A stretch of DNA of 58,767 nucleotides, the filler included, from Dugesia japonica (taxonomy: Eukaryota), in NCBI GenBank assembly GCA_001938525.1. It is 5 parts of 5 records of this genome, joined end to end, with 100 filler letters (N's around TTAATTAATTAA, not from the genome) between each part and the next. Parts side by side here need not be neighbours in the genome. Positions count along the whole stretch, not along the records: positions 16,107 to 29,382 come from MQRL01638256.1; positions 29,483 to 38,814 come from MQRL01645497.1; positions 38,915 to 49,038 come from MQRL01630116.1; 2 more parts are not named here. One strand, 5' to 3'. Each line of letters opens with the position of its first letter. The first letter of the stretch is position 1. The position numbers and the translations under genes are program-made. The notes under the pieces are model-generated. The model was given only the letters and a program-made list of their open reading frames with translations. It did no database searches and was not told where the DNA came from. Below are positions 27,001-39,814 of the stretch, in pieces.

Positions 27001-27937
27001 TAGACGCAATAAATGTAGATATTAATGAAAATAGTGTGTATCACTGATACGTTTAAGTGTATTGATATATGAAGTTTCTATAATTCTCAATGCATTGCCT
27101 TATTTTATCAAATGTTATATTTTTTTATATTTGTTATATTTGTAAATAATGTTTGTATTATTCAATGATGTGTAAAACTGATATTATTTTACTGAAATTC
27201 CGTTAAAATTGTATGTCGTTTTGTACGGAGATACTTGCGCACTAAACCACCAATCCTCTACTTCTGTCTGTAAAGTTATTTTGTATTTTTATTGGTCGAC
27301 ACATTTCAGTAGAAAAATATTTTAATTTGCACTTCCATTTATCAGAAAGGAGTCATGAATATTGGTGTAGAATTTCTTTGGACCGGAATTGGTAGATGCT
27401 TTCCTAACTGAGTTTTATTGATTAATATTTTACACAATTAAGTTATCTTTATAAAAAGAACATTTAAAACTCTTATAGAAATTTCTTTGCAACTCAAAAT
27501 TTCTAAACTATTTTGTCGTTTTTATATATTTTCTCATAAATATTAAGTAAATATATAATAAAGGAATATTTATTTTATAATTTAAATTATATATAAATTA
27601 ATAAATTGAACTGATATAGTAGCACTTATACTGAAATTTTATGCATCAAAGTATTCCTCGGACATAAATGCAACTTTTCAATCATTTCTAAACGGAGAAT
27701 ATATTACAGTTTCGTTTGAATTAGATGGTTTTTGGAATTATAGAGTTAAAGAACACAGTAGATGTAGATGGATGATACCGAAATGGAAAAGAAAATATCA
27801 ATACGTTAATATAGTTAACAATGAAACAGTGCTTCAAATCCATTCGAATATTAGAAGTGGTAATTATTATTTTGAGGTGGAATGTACAATTGGGTATTTT
27901 CGCTCTTTCACCTTTGAACGAGATTTCTATTTTTACG
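18063..27937 (+). CDS. Multi-exon host gene (partial) for an extracellular protein with C2/MNNL-like, DSL-like, EGF-like and Ig/PKD-like segments. Exons 18063-18232, 18317-18361, 21144-21191, 21244-21352, 21392-21656, 24520-24705, 27620-27937
   Basis: All seven exons have ag/gt boundaries and compatible phases (2,2,2,0,1,1) with no stops. Motifs: ENCDEG..KCDVAI (N-terminal, Notch-ligand-like), CYYYHYDISCWRKCESVEGRFHCDSTGTEICEG (DSL spacing), CLTISNDICPQTSHKCYPLDNSSYAC (EGF-like), and a 105-aa beta-rich exon with CRW..LQI..GNYYFEVEC. Confidence 0.7.
18404..18770. repeat. (GATGGT)n/(GAT)n low-complexity repeat inside an intron
   Basis: Direct; accounts for the three overlapping D/G, H and M/V ORFs. 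Confidence 0.9.
20859..21050 (+). ncRNA. Family-A hammerhead repeat with inverted 5' arm
   Basis: CTGACGA-A-GAC(ata)GTC-GAAA at 20925-20945. The upstream arm 20859-20912 is the reverse complement of the body and stops at TAGAATT, the predicted cleavage site. Confidence 0.75.
21895..23190 (-). pseudogene. Decayed Ty3/Gypsy pol (RNase H end, integrase) with PPT
   Basis: Minus fragments RTNYKALTFMMTTK..FQIWINY, GIQHANADILSR and IEEIHELLCHAGVEKVYEY; 3' end gtttcttaagaacgggga is shared with 38551-38570. Confidence 0.8.
23676..23810 (+). mobile_element. Internally deleted remnant of the Gypsy family seen at 53020-54150 (PBS/gag start)
   Basis: ttgtggcaaccgtaaacatcgatgcaatcaca matches 53020 tggtggcagcggtaaacaccgatgcaatcaca; aggagacaaaacatcgaaaaagttacgaaaagaac matches 53591. 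Confidence 0.75.
24892..25415. mobile_element. 524-bp Tc1/pogo(Tigger)-type MITE
   Basis: TIRs CAGTAAAACCC / GGGTTTTACTG flanked by TA on both sides; internal repeats of the subterminal motif (aatgtggaaa, attcggaa). Confidence 0.85.
26110..26545 (+). pseudogene. maT/DD37D-like (Tc1/mariner superfamily) transposase N-terminal fragment
   Basis: DPDIGIQALSHELNVSASTLKLTLNENLRYYSYKRCRGQFLT..LTKAKKL (HTH followed by the typical YKxxxGQFL segment); upstream stops. Confidence 0.75.
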
Positions 27938-28380
27938 GTAACTATTAATTTAATTTCGAATTATTAACTAATGAAATAATAAGTTTATTTTATTTGCTGT
28001 AAATGTTATACTATTTTAGAATTCTAAACNATGTATGTAATACTTTATCAATTAAAAAATTTATGTTAATCATTTTTTTCTAAATTTTCAAATTTTTGCA
28101 CTCTTTTGGATTTATTAAGTTTTCATATTTCTAAATTTTACCTATATTTTAATTTCATACACCGGTTGATTTGTGTTCTAACCTTGGTAGATATATAGTA
28201 GCGTAAGGTTACAATTACCCCCCTCCCCAACTATAAATTTGTGGCTTCAATTTGATTGGCCAAAAACATGTTTCCAGCGATTTGATTGGTCAAAAATTTG
28301 TATGATTACTTAGTTTTTGGGTTAACTTTGATTGGTCGAAATTGTCTGTGTTAGTTGCGTAATTTATGGCTTAAATTTGA

Positions 28381-28545
28381 TTGTTTTACAATTGCAATTA
28401 TTGCAAGAATAATTGTTGGACGCAAATCATTTTTCAGAATTCATTTTAAAATAAAAGCTTCCATCAAAATTTGTCTTTTTGGTTTTTGATAACAATTCTG
28501 TATTTTGACTTTGTCTTCGATAGGAATTGACTTTTTGAATTTTAT
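28381..28545 (-). repeat. Family-A hammerhead repeat, core mutated
   Basis: Reverse complement aaaagtcaattc-ctatcga-agac(aaa)gtc-aaaataca-gaattgttatc..caattattcttgcaataattgcaattgtaaaacaa, showing perfect stem I caattc/gaattg. Confidence 0.8.
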
Positions 28546-29382
28546 TAGATTTTATTGATCGAAATTTGTGTGTTTATTGTGTATGGATTATGTCATGATT
28601 ACGCAATAATTATATAATAATTATTATTTGCTTTAATTGATGGATTTTTATGATTTTTGTTTTAATGAGGTGAAATTATTTGGATTTTTTAAAAACAAGT
28701 GAAATTATAATTTTTTTTGTTTAAATTAGGTAAAATTAATGAGTAGAAAAAGTACATTCTCCTCAAGATATATTAATATTGGTCGCACCGGAAAATATTA
28801 ACATTAAGTGCTCCCCTGACAATATTAGCATTTGTTACCCTGGTTCATACTATTAGATGTTCAATGGCTCATACTATTAGATGCTCCGACAATAGATGCT
28901 ACTTAACTCATACTCCGACATTAGATGGTCCCTGAACAAACTATTCAAAGCTCCTGATATTAGATGTTCATGTTTCATTAATATTAGCGGCTCACCAGAA
29001 AAACGATTACTATCCCATGGAAAATTATTTTTAATATTTATGTTTAAGTAAAATTACTCTTTGTCTAAGTATAACTAATGAAATCAGTATATTATTTGTA
29101 TTATTAGTAAAATTATTATCAATAATATCATTAAAAATTATTTTCATACAGTTTTTCTTTAAAAAATAAGATAAAAACAGTTAGTCGTCAACGCCAGTAT
29201 TTTGCTAGACACAGATGCGCAAAATGGTAAAAAATTCCAAGTCAACGGTTATTATATAAATTTTTAAATAAAATCAATACAGAAAATCATAAGTTATTAT
29301 CATTAAAGAAAAGCATTACTAAGAATTTGTTAAGTTAAATCAATTAAAAAAACATTACTGTTTAAATAAAAATTATTACTAT

Positions 29383-29482
29383 NNNNNNNNNNNNNNNNNN
29401 NNNNNNNNNNNNNNNNNNNNNNNNNNTTAATTAATTAANNNNNNNNNNNNNNNNNNNNNNNNNNNNNNNNNNNNNNNNNNNN
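29383..29482. other. Artificial assembly spacer
   Basis: 44 N + TTAATTAATTAA (29427-29438) + 44 N. Confidence 0.97.
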
Positions 29483-32400
29483 TTTCGTATTTACAGTGAC
29501 GGAAGTGAAAAAGCTCACGGAAGGATCAAAGATCGACATCCAAGCAAAGTGAATTTTTCTGCAGAAAAAGCTAAGGGGTGAGATCATCGATTTACAACAC
29601 AAGAATACTCAACTCCGAGGAAAAGTGGGCATACTAAAAGAGCGAGAACTAGCACTGGCTCAGACATGTCGAGCGATNGCCGACATAATAAAATCCTACG
29701 CCGACAAAGAAACCATGCTGATCGCAACGGTGCATACATTGACACGGGTATCAAAATCAATATCAGATGTTTCTAAGGAGAAAGCTAGCGAGGTGGTCGA
29801 GCTGGACGCGTGATCTATAATAATAATGAACAGTGTTGTATCAAATATCCTTTGCTTTATTGGAACAGTAAAATAAATGTATATTGCTTAGTAAATTCTA
29901 AATGTCGAAAGAATGAGAGCCGGATTGAAAGAAATTGAACCTAAGACGGGATACAGCATAGTCCCGCTGAATCCGGGAAAAGGGGGATCGTGTTGCTGGA
30001 GAGAGTAAAACAAATTTCTGTGGTTGTTAAGTGTCATCCCCTAGACGGAAAAGATAATCAGAGAGAAAGTGATAATGCATGAGAGAAAAATGAAGATCAA
30101 CACAAGTATTAATTAAACAACATCCAAAAGCCTAACAACCCAGCAGATTGGGTAAATAAAATCCAGAAGGTCATCAAAGTAAAAAGTAAAAGTAAACAAC
30201 TGATTTCAACCAGAACAGCGGAACTCATCGGAGCTCTACATAATTTTTCAGCAATGATTAGTCAGGAGTACCAAATGTTATTAGAACAGTTTGTATAAAT
30301 CCAAGGTCAAAGGTTATTAGGTTTAAATCAGAATCATTTAAAATAAAAGTTTTATGGCTTTGCAATAAGAAAAAACTTATCATATCTGGAGATTATCGCT
30401 GGTGTGTTTTAGCGGAATTGATTAGAAATAACAACCAAGAATCAAGAGAACCGTTAGACGGAAAAACGGAAAAATTATATTTCGGTTCTACTCTTATTGA
30501 CAGCAAGTCCACGGACCCAATACAATTAGGGGGACTCTGGAAAATGCTAGAATCAATATAATCGTCCAAATAATGAGACGGACGAAATAACCGACATCTA
30601 AACCGATTAAAGATAAGCATAAGGAAGAAAGGCCTCCGAGCATTAACATTATTTAACAAATAGATAGTATCAAAATGGCAGGAGCCAAAATCGGCAAATA
30701 ATAAGAGAATAAAGTATGGATTGAATATGGAAGAAGTATTTTCGCACATATCCAAAAACCTACTACGAACAGTAACTAAGCAAATACAAGAACTAAGCAA
30801 AATAATTCACAAAGTAAACACAATGCATGAAGAATCAGACGAGAAAACCGTATTAGTAACAAGAATACTAACACTCATAGAACGGGAAAGCTACCAGTAT
30901 GCAAAAGTGCAAGAAATGTGAAAAGAAGGGACATATAAAAAGGAGTTGTTCGGCACTCTTGTGGCGAAAAAGGACACATATGGAAAATATTTAGCAATAA
31001 ACGAAAAAAGGTCTAAGAAAGAAACAACACAAATTCGTCACAGTAAGGAAGGAGAACGGGAAAATGCAGTAACAGACTCCATTAAACTCTGCATGCTACA
31101 GGTGAAAACCGCAGAAACAATAGAACCAGACGACTTCATAGAATTAGTGATAAAGAAGAAAAAGGGAAGAATAGAAGTTGGAGAAATGAAAACTAGAAGC
31201 CAGAAATCGGAAGCAGGGACTCTAAATACACGGGAAGTCGAAATAAATCAAACATATAGCCCAAAACAAGTAAACTATATAACAAGGACGGACTCAAATC
31301 AAGAGTCGGAACTATTGTCAAACAACGATCTTACAGATCGGATGGAAGAACTATTATGGGTATTAACATTACAACTAAAGAAGTTGGAAGAGGAAACTAA
31401 TGCAGTACAAAAAAACTGATAGAAACAATAGTAGAAAATATATTAAAATCAAGGCTATCAAAATTCAAAGAACAGGGGAAAAGAACAAAATTTGCATTAC
31501 AAATGTTGTTAAAAAGTTTAAGTGTAACAGAAAAGTTAATAATAAAAACGACAACACCTAAACAAAGAGAAAATTATGAGTGTAGTGAATGTGGTAAACT
31601 TGGGCATTTTGCAACGTGGTGTTGGAAGAATAGACTTTGTGAATATTTTGGGAATCAGATCACCCAAAGAAACTATGTTGGAAAAAATCATTTAAGTTAT
31701 GTGTTGGTTTAGAACATACAGAAAACCAATATAAAAGAGAATCGGATATCGAACTTATCTTTAAAAAAAGGATGCACGAGATGTGGAAAAAATGACCACA
31801 CGCTAGCCACGTGTGAATTAAAATGCAAAAGATGTAGCCGCAAATGACACACCGAAATAGTAAGCCAACCAGACAAACAATTCACTAAGTGTAGAGGAAG
31901 AGGACATCTAGCAGAACAATGTGACATCCATAGATGTTTCAATTGCGGGAGAACCGGACACACCATTAAAAGGTGCTGATTTAAAGTCAGTAGTGAAGAC
32001 TTAGCCGTAATCATAGAGAGATCGAACAAATTATGTATGCTACAAATAACAAATGAAGAAGAAAAAATGAAATCGTCTGATAGCTTCAAAGAAAATCAAC
32101 TAATGACACGTGTAGAACGAGATAATCCCCAGACAGTACCAGAAGACTGGCAGAAAATATTTAATGCATACAATGAGCGGATATCCAGGTTAGAAGAAGC
32201 ATTACATTTGACCCAGGTACAATGTCAAAATTTCAAATATTTGGAAGATAAAGCGATAGAGGATAAGAGAAATGCACTAGTACTGCAAAATATAGTAATG
32301 ACCAATTTGCAAAAAAGAGTAATCTTCAGTCGAATTAATTGGAAAGAGTATTGATCATTAAGAAAACAACAAACAAGAACCGAAGCAGCAAAAATAGGAA

Positions 32401-32600
32401 CTATTCGTCAAGCAAGGATATGGAAAGCAAAATACGAAGAATTAAACAGAAAAATCAATCAAACAGATCAAGCAGATAAATTAAAGAGGAACATTAAGGA
32501 AAACCAAATAGAAATAAAGAATGAACCATTAGATGAAACAGCCAATTGTGAATAGATTATAAAGATGATGACAGAAGAACAGGGAGAAACCAATGAATAA
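29483..32600 (+). pseudogene. Long decayed gag/ORF1-like region with about 6 CCHC zinc knuckles (31580-31980) flanked by coiled-coil-like segments
   Basis: CSECGKLGHFATWC, CTRCGKNDHTLATC, KCRGRGHLAEQC and CFNCGRTGHTIKRC plus degenerate knuckles; higher GC, A-rich coding-like strand; many frameshifts. Confidence 0.65.
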
Positions 32601-35600
32601 TTGTTAATAGTAATTAAAGGTAAAGAGGCCTTTTACGAATAAATAACAGAATAACAACGGAACTGGAAAGCTGGGTTAGACAAGATTCATCAACAGATCA
32701 CAACTGATCAAATTCAACTACCGGAACTAGATGATAACAAAATCTGGGCCATAATAACACCAACAAAACCCATAGCAAGAATAAGCCATATGATGCGAAA
32801 CCAACAAACCAACGATGATGGACAATGATACAATCCAATCACGCCAAGAAAAACCAACGGACATCGTTACTTACTACCTAGAAAATTAACTGAAACTTTT
32901 GTGTGATTCTTTAAATTAAACTGAATAATAAATTACTTACGAAAATGACATTCATTAGTATTAAAGAATACGAATAAATGTAATGATAAATGTGGTATGT
33001 TGAATATGAAGGCCATTGTACAGTTTAAGTCGTATGATTTGTTGAATGACAAATAACTCTTAGCCACCTAATCTATCTGAATCTTGTGCTCTCTTTAAGA
33101 ACTATAAAAAATGTTATGGCAACAAAAGTGCAATTGCGTATGTTTATTTAAATGTTATTTTAATTGTCTTTTATGTTCTATGACCTGGAAATCAATCGGG
33201 GCGGAAAAGCACATAAGCAACCATCAAAGAGTGAATATGAAAATTAATTCAACAAGAATGCTAAATTCCGGTACGGAATTTTTTTCGAAGAGAGAGTTTT
33301 TTGTTGAGGTGAAACACCGGATTACGGAAAATAAAATGGCTTAAGTAAACGCGAAATTTTAAAAATTGTCATAAGAAACGAAAATGTGGTATTCAGATTG
33401 TTTTTGAAGCAGAAAATAAATTTTTTGTCAAAAAATAAGAAAAATGAAGGTTTTTTCTTGAGTTAAAATTGACAGTTAAACAAATGATGGACAAGAAAAA
33501 ATCGGGGAGTTCAAAAATGCAAAATAAAAAATTGTAACAAGATCCAGAAAGAAGTTATAAGTTCCTGAAGGTTGACCAATAGTACTCCAGTAAATTTGGA
33601 ATTCCAAAATTCTAATCAATAAGAAGAAATCATGTGACAAAATTAAAATAATTGACCAGTAAAAACGCCGAAAATGATGGTTAACCAATGAAAAGGTAGA
33701 GAACGTAGAAGAAACCGGTATAAATACCAAAGCGATTTTCATCAGAAGGAGACAAAAAAAATTTTACCAAGTGTAGCAAATTCAAGCAAATTTACCAAAT
33801 TTATCAAATCCAGCAAATTCGTCAAGTTTAACAAACCAATTTAATCTACCAACTTACTGAAATCCAGATTTCATCGGGAAAAGTTTAGAAGTAAAGAATT
33901 GATCCAAAGGTGGATTTAACGGTAATTTCTTGTTGTTAATTACGCGCAACGATTTTCGGCTCGTAAATGGAAGATTATGGGGGACTTTTGGAATCATTAA
34001 TCGTTACCGCCGATACTCCATTACAATTATTGTGCTTGCTCCGGATCGGGATTCAGGTCATGTTTGTTATATTAATAGTCATATTTATGAAATATGTGTA
34101 ACAAGTAAACTTGGACGTATTTAATATAGTTTACGAGTTCAGTTCTTTTGTCGTCTTAATTAAATTCAATCTAAAATCCTACGTTAATGGTTTTTAAGTT
34201 AAAGTGACATAGAAACGTCTTAAGCATGAGTAAAATCAAAATTAATTTAAGGTCGAATCAACTAAATAAATCTAATAATGGACAAGCTAAAAACTACTAA
34301 GTGAGATTTGATATTGAATCATTAAGAGTCAATTTCGAGTGAGAATCATAAGAATCGAAAATGAATCAAAAGAGTGTTAGTCTGTACTCGAATTCCGAGT
34401 CAACGACTCCATTATGAAGATCTGGAATTTTTGGGATACCAAATTAAATTCTTCGCGGGGTTTTACTAGTACAACCACTCTAGACTTAATTTTTAAACAT
34501 TGTCACACCTAGAGAAAACCCCAACACTATAAATACATGTTTTGAATTAATTTTAATAAAAATTATCAATTAATTGTATTAAAATCTTAAATGTCTTCTT
34601 TGAATTTATCTTTTGTGATAAATGTATTCTTTTCAAATTTCCAAAATTTATGATTCGTATTGTTAGGGTCGTAAGCTAAGCTACATTAATTTATTTAATT
34701 TATTAATTTATATTATAAAATTTCTATTTGTATTTGTTTTAATTTGTCAATTTATTAAATTACTCAAGGTTATTAAATAATAAAAAAAAAATTTNNNNNN
34801 NNNNNNNNNNNNNNNNNNNNNNNGTAAATTTCAATATAAATTTTATTTATTTATTCTAGATTAAGAGAAATTTTGATTTTTAAATTAAGTAAATAAAAAT
34901 TAACATTTCAGGTAATTGTTTTGTTTATTCTAGAATTCTGATAATTAACCGCAAACAAAAAATTTGTATATATACTGATTGTAAAATCAGTTTTTTCAGA
35001 CTTAAAGTTTTAGCTAAATCTTAGCAGTAGAAAGATTTATAAAGTTAAAAGGTAATATTTTTGATTTGTAGAACAAATATAAATCTGTTTAGATTATTAT
35101 TTGTTTCGTTTTAAATCATTTAAATTTTTATTAGATAATNNNNNNNNNNNNNNNNNNNNNNNNNNNNNNNNNNNNNNNNNNNNAAAATCACTTATTAAAA
35201 TACACATCTTGAGTTAACACGTGTGGTGAGGAAATTTAGGCCCACCATTCACAACTTATTTTAACGGTAGTGTAATACCGGTATTTATCCTTCAATTAAA
35301 ATTTATATAGAGCGGTTCTCGCTAAATCCGTAAAATNNNNNNNNNNNNNNNNNNNNNNNNNNNNNNNNNNNNNNNNNNNNNNNNNNNNNNNNNNNNNNNN
35401 NNNNNNNNNNNNNNNNNNNNNNNNNNNNNNNNNNNNNNNNNNNNNNNNNNNNNNNNNNNNNNATATAATTTTTCGAAGTAGAATTTGGAGTTATATTAAA
35501 TAAATATTAAATTGCTATTTCTCCCCACAAGGTCTAACAGTATATACAAATCAAATCTTAAATAATTGTTCAATTTTACAAAGGAAAATGTTACAACACT

Positions 35601-36479
35601 TGTATACATTCTATCTAGATCAATACAAATCATTAACCCAAAGGAGTTATTAAACCTATACATTCATTTACGTATTTGAATTACATATTGTATTCGATGC
35701 TTTCATTTATCATAATCTAATCATTCTAATCAATCAATATAGACGCTTAATCCCTTGAATATGCTTAATTTGTTCCATTAGACATAAATCTATAAGTAAT
35801 ATTCACTATTTGCATTTAAATAAACACAAAGCTGATTCTTATACTTACTGATGGTTAACATGATTTTATAATCCTTCATAATTCATGTTCCCTCTAATTT
35901 TTTATGACAATTCCCGGAAAATAAGATACTCTAGAAACTTTTTTAAAGTTTGGGAAAATTTGTGCGCTCATAATTATCTTTTTATTGACATTATATATAG
36001 ACCAGACACTATAACAACTTTATTCAAACCAAAGAACTTTAACATAAAGCATTCAATATCATTATTATGTTTTTGATTATTGTAATTGTGAATAATACAG
36101 GTTTTATGGCTAGAAACTTAGTATTTTTGATAATTATAATTTATAAGACTAATTTGAATTTGCAAATGTTTTTTAGAAAAAACAAAACTTAAATAATATA
36201 GTAAAGTGAGTTAAAAATTATATTTTTATCATACTGTATTATATGCGCGGCAAATATTTTTATTGAGCGGAAGTTTTCCGAAATTTNNNNNNNNNNNNNN
36301 NNNNNNNNNNNNNNNNNNNNNNNNNNNNNNNNNNNNNNNNNNNNNNNNNNNNTGACACAATTAATCAATTTACATAGTCACATATAATTGTAACCAACTA
36401 TGTGTAAATTCTAACCATCTGTACATTGAGGCATTAGTTTCAAATATTCAAGTCATTTAATAATTTCGACAAGACAAAT

Positions 36480-37630
36480 ACAGTAAATTAATTCATTAAT
36501 CAATGGAAATAGCAAACCTAATGAATAGAGTAAGCAAATTAGTACAGTAAGTCAATGTAATAGAATGAAATCGATTTGATACAGTAAAATCAATTGATAG
36601 AGTAAGCAATAAGCAAATGTAATAGAGTTAAACTAGTGTGATACAGTAAGCAAATTTGTCACAGTAAACTAATGTGTAATAGTGGAACCAATGGTCACAG
36701 TAAATGCGATGTGTTACAGTAAAACCTAGTGAAATATAGTAAAGTCAATGAATACTACACATAGTACATTATCGAATCAAATTGTTAAAATAAATTATTT
36801 GACTAACTACAAACTTCTCTAATCAATCAATAATTATCAATTCATCAAGTCCCATTATTCATACATTAATTTCATTAAGTGACTACCTATACATAAATTA
36901 CCACCACCTATGAAATAATTATATATACATATAAGAAAATTATCACTACCTATGTGTAAAATATAGTAAACCATTTACATTTGTACATTGCAAGTTATGT
37001 GTAAATTATAACCACTTATGAATAAATTGTAGACACATATAATTGTAACCAACTATGTGTAAATTCTAACCATCTATTGTACATTGAGACATTAGTTTCA
37101 AATATTCAAGTCTAAATTTTATTTAAATAACTTGATTTTATAAATTTTCATAAAATATTAATAAATATATACTAAGTTCATAAGCAATTTCATTAAAATG
37201 TATAGACCCATGATTAAAATATAGACTAATTTTATTAGGATTTGTTAAATTTCCATTAATTGTTTTAATATTCTTAAATTTGATAAATTTTATTAATTTT
37301 TCTAAATTTATTTCAAATTATTTAATTGCGATAAAATCTATCGAATATAATAGGTTTAATAGATTTATACTGTTTCATAGAGTTCAGCTGTTTTATTTAC
37401 ACAGTAGCATAATGTCTATAGTAAATTAATATAAACAATGAGAGATACAGTAAAACCTATGGATAGAGTAAGTCAATGTGTTACAGTAGAACCATATGAT
37501 ACAGTAAAGTCATTGTGACACAGTAAACCACATGTGTTTCAATTAATTCAATAGACACAGAAAACCAATGAGTATAATAAACTAGTGGGTATNACTTATA
37601 GTATTTTATCACAAAACTCTATCGAATCAG
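36480..37630. repeat. Degenerate 18-20-bp minisatellite (tacagtaaa.caatgtga-like) plus tatgtgtaaatt units; inverse-strand relatives at about 25500-26960
   Basis: Recurrent acagtaaa/atagagtaag units at 36480-36760 and 37430-37630; 36378-36452 is duplicated at 37037-37112. Confidence 0.6.
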
Positions 37631-38358
37631 TAAATTAAAATAAATTATTGTATTTAATTTCAGACTGTTAATAGAATCCAGACTAATTATGAAAAATCAT
37701 AGATACCATTTGATTTGAAATAAATCTTGTAATTTAAATTGTGTATGATTTTAGAAATATTTTAATGTAATTTGAATTATCTCAATGTTTTAAAATTTTA
37801 TAATTCTAATTTTATTAGTAAAATAGCTTTATAATTACAAATAGAATTAATTTTATATAATTTCAAAATTTTAACTAATTAATTATTATTTTTTATGATT
37901 TATAAGTCAACAGATCTATATTCAAAACACCAAAAATATATTTATCCGTAGTTATATATAAAATACTTACATTTACTCATATATACCACAACCACAGTAT
38001 ATTTTACCACAGACACAATATAGTTTAGATAACACAGCACACACACAGTACATAGGAATACCACAGCTACTAGCCGAACATGTTTTGAGAAAAGTAAAAT
38101 TATATTTCAAGACTTTTTAATGGTAGAATGGTATAAAATATTTTAAAAATTATTATTTATTATAATTATAATTAAATATATAATTTAATTTCCTAAACGA
38201 AGCATTTTTGTACAGCAAACCCTATACAAAAGAGGTTCAGCATTTTATTCTATGTTCAACGATACCAAGTATGTTTGATTATCATAAGCATTTCCAGAGT
38301 AAATCCTTTATTTTATCCAGTAATTTTCTATCTTTTATACAGCAAACACTATACAAAA

Positions 38359-38814
38359 TGTTAGGTAAATCTCCAATTGTTAATTCATTTTGCAAATCAG
38401 AATTCAAATTGTTTGATATTTTTTATTTAACTACTACAAACTTTACTTAATAAGAGAAATGATTATTGAATAGTATTTTAAAAATCTTTATCCATAATTA
38501 ACCCAATTTCTATTGGCTCAAAATTATTAAATAATAATTATTTCCTTATATCCCCCTTCTTAAGAAACTTTATAAGTTTTTCCACATTTCTTTCTAAACA
38601 CTGTCCATTTTCTCCTTGTACTGCATACCGCCTTTCATGAATTTTCTCAATTATTTGATAGGGTCCTTGTTCTTGTTTCTACCTTGATGAGTACCATATC
38701 GCCCACTTTGAATTCTCTTTTAGTAATCACGTCTAAAGTCTTTTCTTCAGTTCTTTCTGACACATCTGACTCGTACCACTTTTCTCTGCTAATTTTCTTT
38801 CCAAAAATGATTTT
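38359..38814 (-). mobile_element. Gypsy 3' end: integrase tail, PPT and about 190-bp 3' LTR (38359-38550)
   Basis: Minus strand PPT AAGAAGGGGGA then TATAAGGAAATAATTATTA...CCTAACA, homologous to the solo LTR at 42852-43041; coding tail homologous to 21900-22170. Confidence 0.8.
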
Positions 38815-38914
38815 NNNNNNNNNNNNNNNNNNNNNNNNNNNNNNNNNNNNNNNNNNNNTTAATTAATTAANNNNNNNNNNNNNNNNNNNNNNNNNNNNNN
38901 NNNNNNNNNNNNNN
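38815..38914. other. Artificial assembly spacer
   Basis: 44 N + TTAATTAATTAA (38859-38870) + 44 N. Confidence 0.97.
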
Positions 38915-38981
<67 letters not shown>

Positions 38982-38986
38982 TTTAG

Positions 38987-39388
38987 ATGAAAAAACAAAA
39001 AATGTTAAACCAAATAAAAAATCTTGAGAGTAATTTAACAGAAATTGATTCTCAAATATTTTCAATGAAACAGGAAATTTATGCAAAATCTGATGAAAAG
39101 AATAAAACTCATCAAAGACTTTTGTCAGAGGAAAAGGCATATAATGATGCCAAAAATGATCTTGAATCATACTCACAAAAACTTCATACTTACAAAACAG
39201 AGCTCAACAGTTTACGGCAAAGTTTGTCGGCAATGGAAAGTTTTAAGATTTTAAAAACGAGTCCGGAATTCATAGAAAATATCGTCGTTTCACAAAAACT
39301 TCCTGCACAATCAGTTCAATTGGCACCCTCATTAAAGAATGCTATTGATCGAAAAATAGGATTAATGTCAAATAAAAATTCTATATAA
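38987..39388 (+). CDS. Probable terminal exon of a host coiled-coil protein gene
   Basis: atttag acceptor immediately before 38987; 133 open codons with heptad-like L/I spacing; AATAAA about 100 bp after the stop. Confidence 0.6.
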   Translation: MKKQKMLNQIKNLESNLTEIDSQIFSMKQEIYAKSDEKNKTHQRLLSEEKAYNDAKNDLESYSQKLHTYKTELNSLRQSLSAMESFKILKTSPEFIENIVVSQKLPAQSVQLAPSLKNAIDRKIGLMSNKNSI

Positions 39389-39781
39389 TATTTTGTCTTT
39401 TATAAATTGATCTCATTGAATGAGCTACGATGCGGTGAATTAAATAATTTTAATCTGTTTTTTTTTGTTAATATTTGTTAGTAAGTATAAATAAATGTGA
39501 ACAACCGATTAATTACAAACTAAAAATAAAACCATCATAATGTTTAGAGTTAAACGTCGAATTTCGCAAATTATTTGCATCCATTAAAATAACGTAAGAT
39601 GAATTATGATTATAATTAATACATTCGTATAAAAAACCGAATTGAAAAAATTAAACTTTCTATTTTTTATTATTTTTTGAAAATGAAAATAATCAAATAT
39701 TTTGAAAAAAAAATTTTCGTTATTTAAAATTTATTTTCAATTTCAAAGATCAAAAACGATGTTCTTCTATTTTCATAGATG

Positions 39782-39814
39782 GTTCAATATTTCGGCTATG
39801 CCTTCTTCAGGAAC
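39782..39814 (-). ncRNA. Hammerhead ribozyme, family-A variant with compensatory changes
   Basis: Minus strand gttc-CTGAAGA-A-GGC(ata)GCC-GAAA-TAT-T^gaac: stem II GGC/GCC and stem I gttc/gaac covary with GAC/GTC and attc/gaat of the other copies. Confidence 0.75.

Noticed and set aside
28240-28390. Repeated tttgattgg (CCAAT-box-like) motifs
   Set aside because: No adjacent gene start; more likely subterminal repeats of an unidentified transposon.
35480-36120. Possible very decayed Gypsy pol on the minus strand (also 44000-44260 with an ETDTS RNase H-like motif)
   Set aside because: Only isolated, frameshifted motif hints; not supportable without an alignment.
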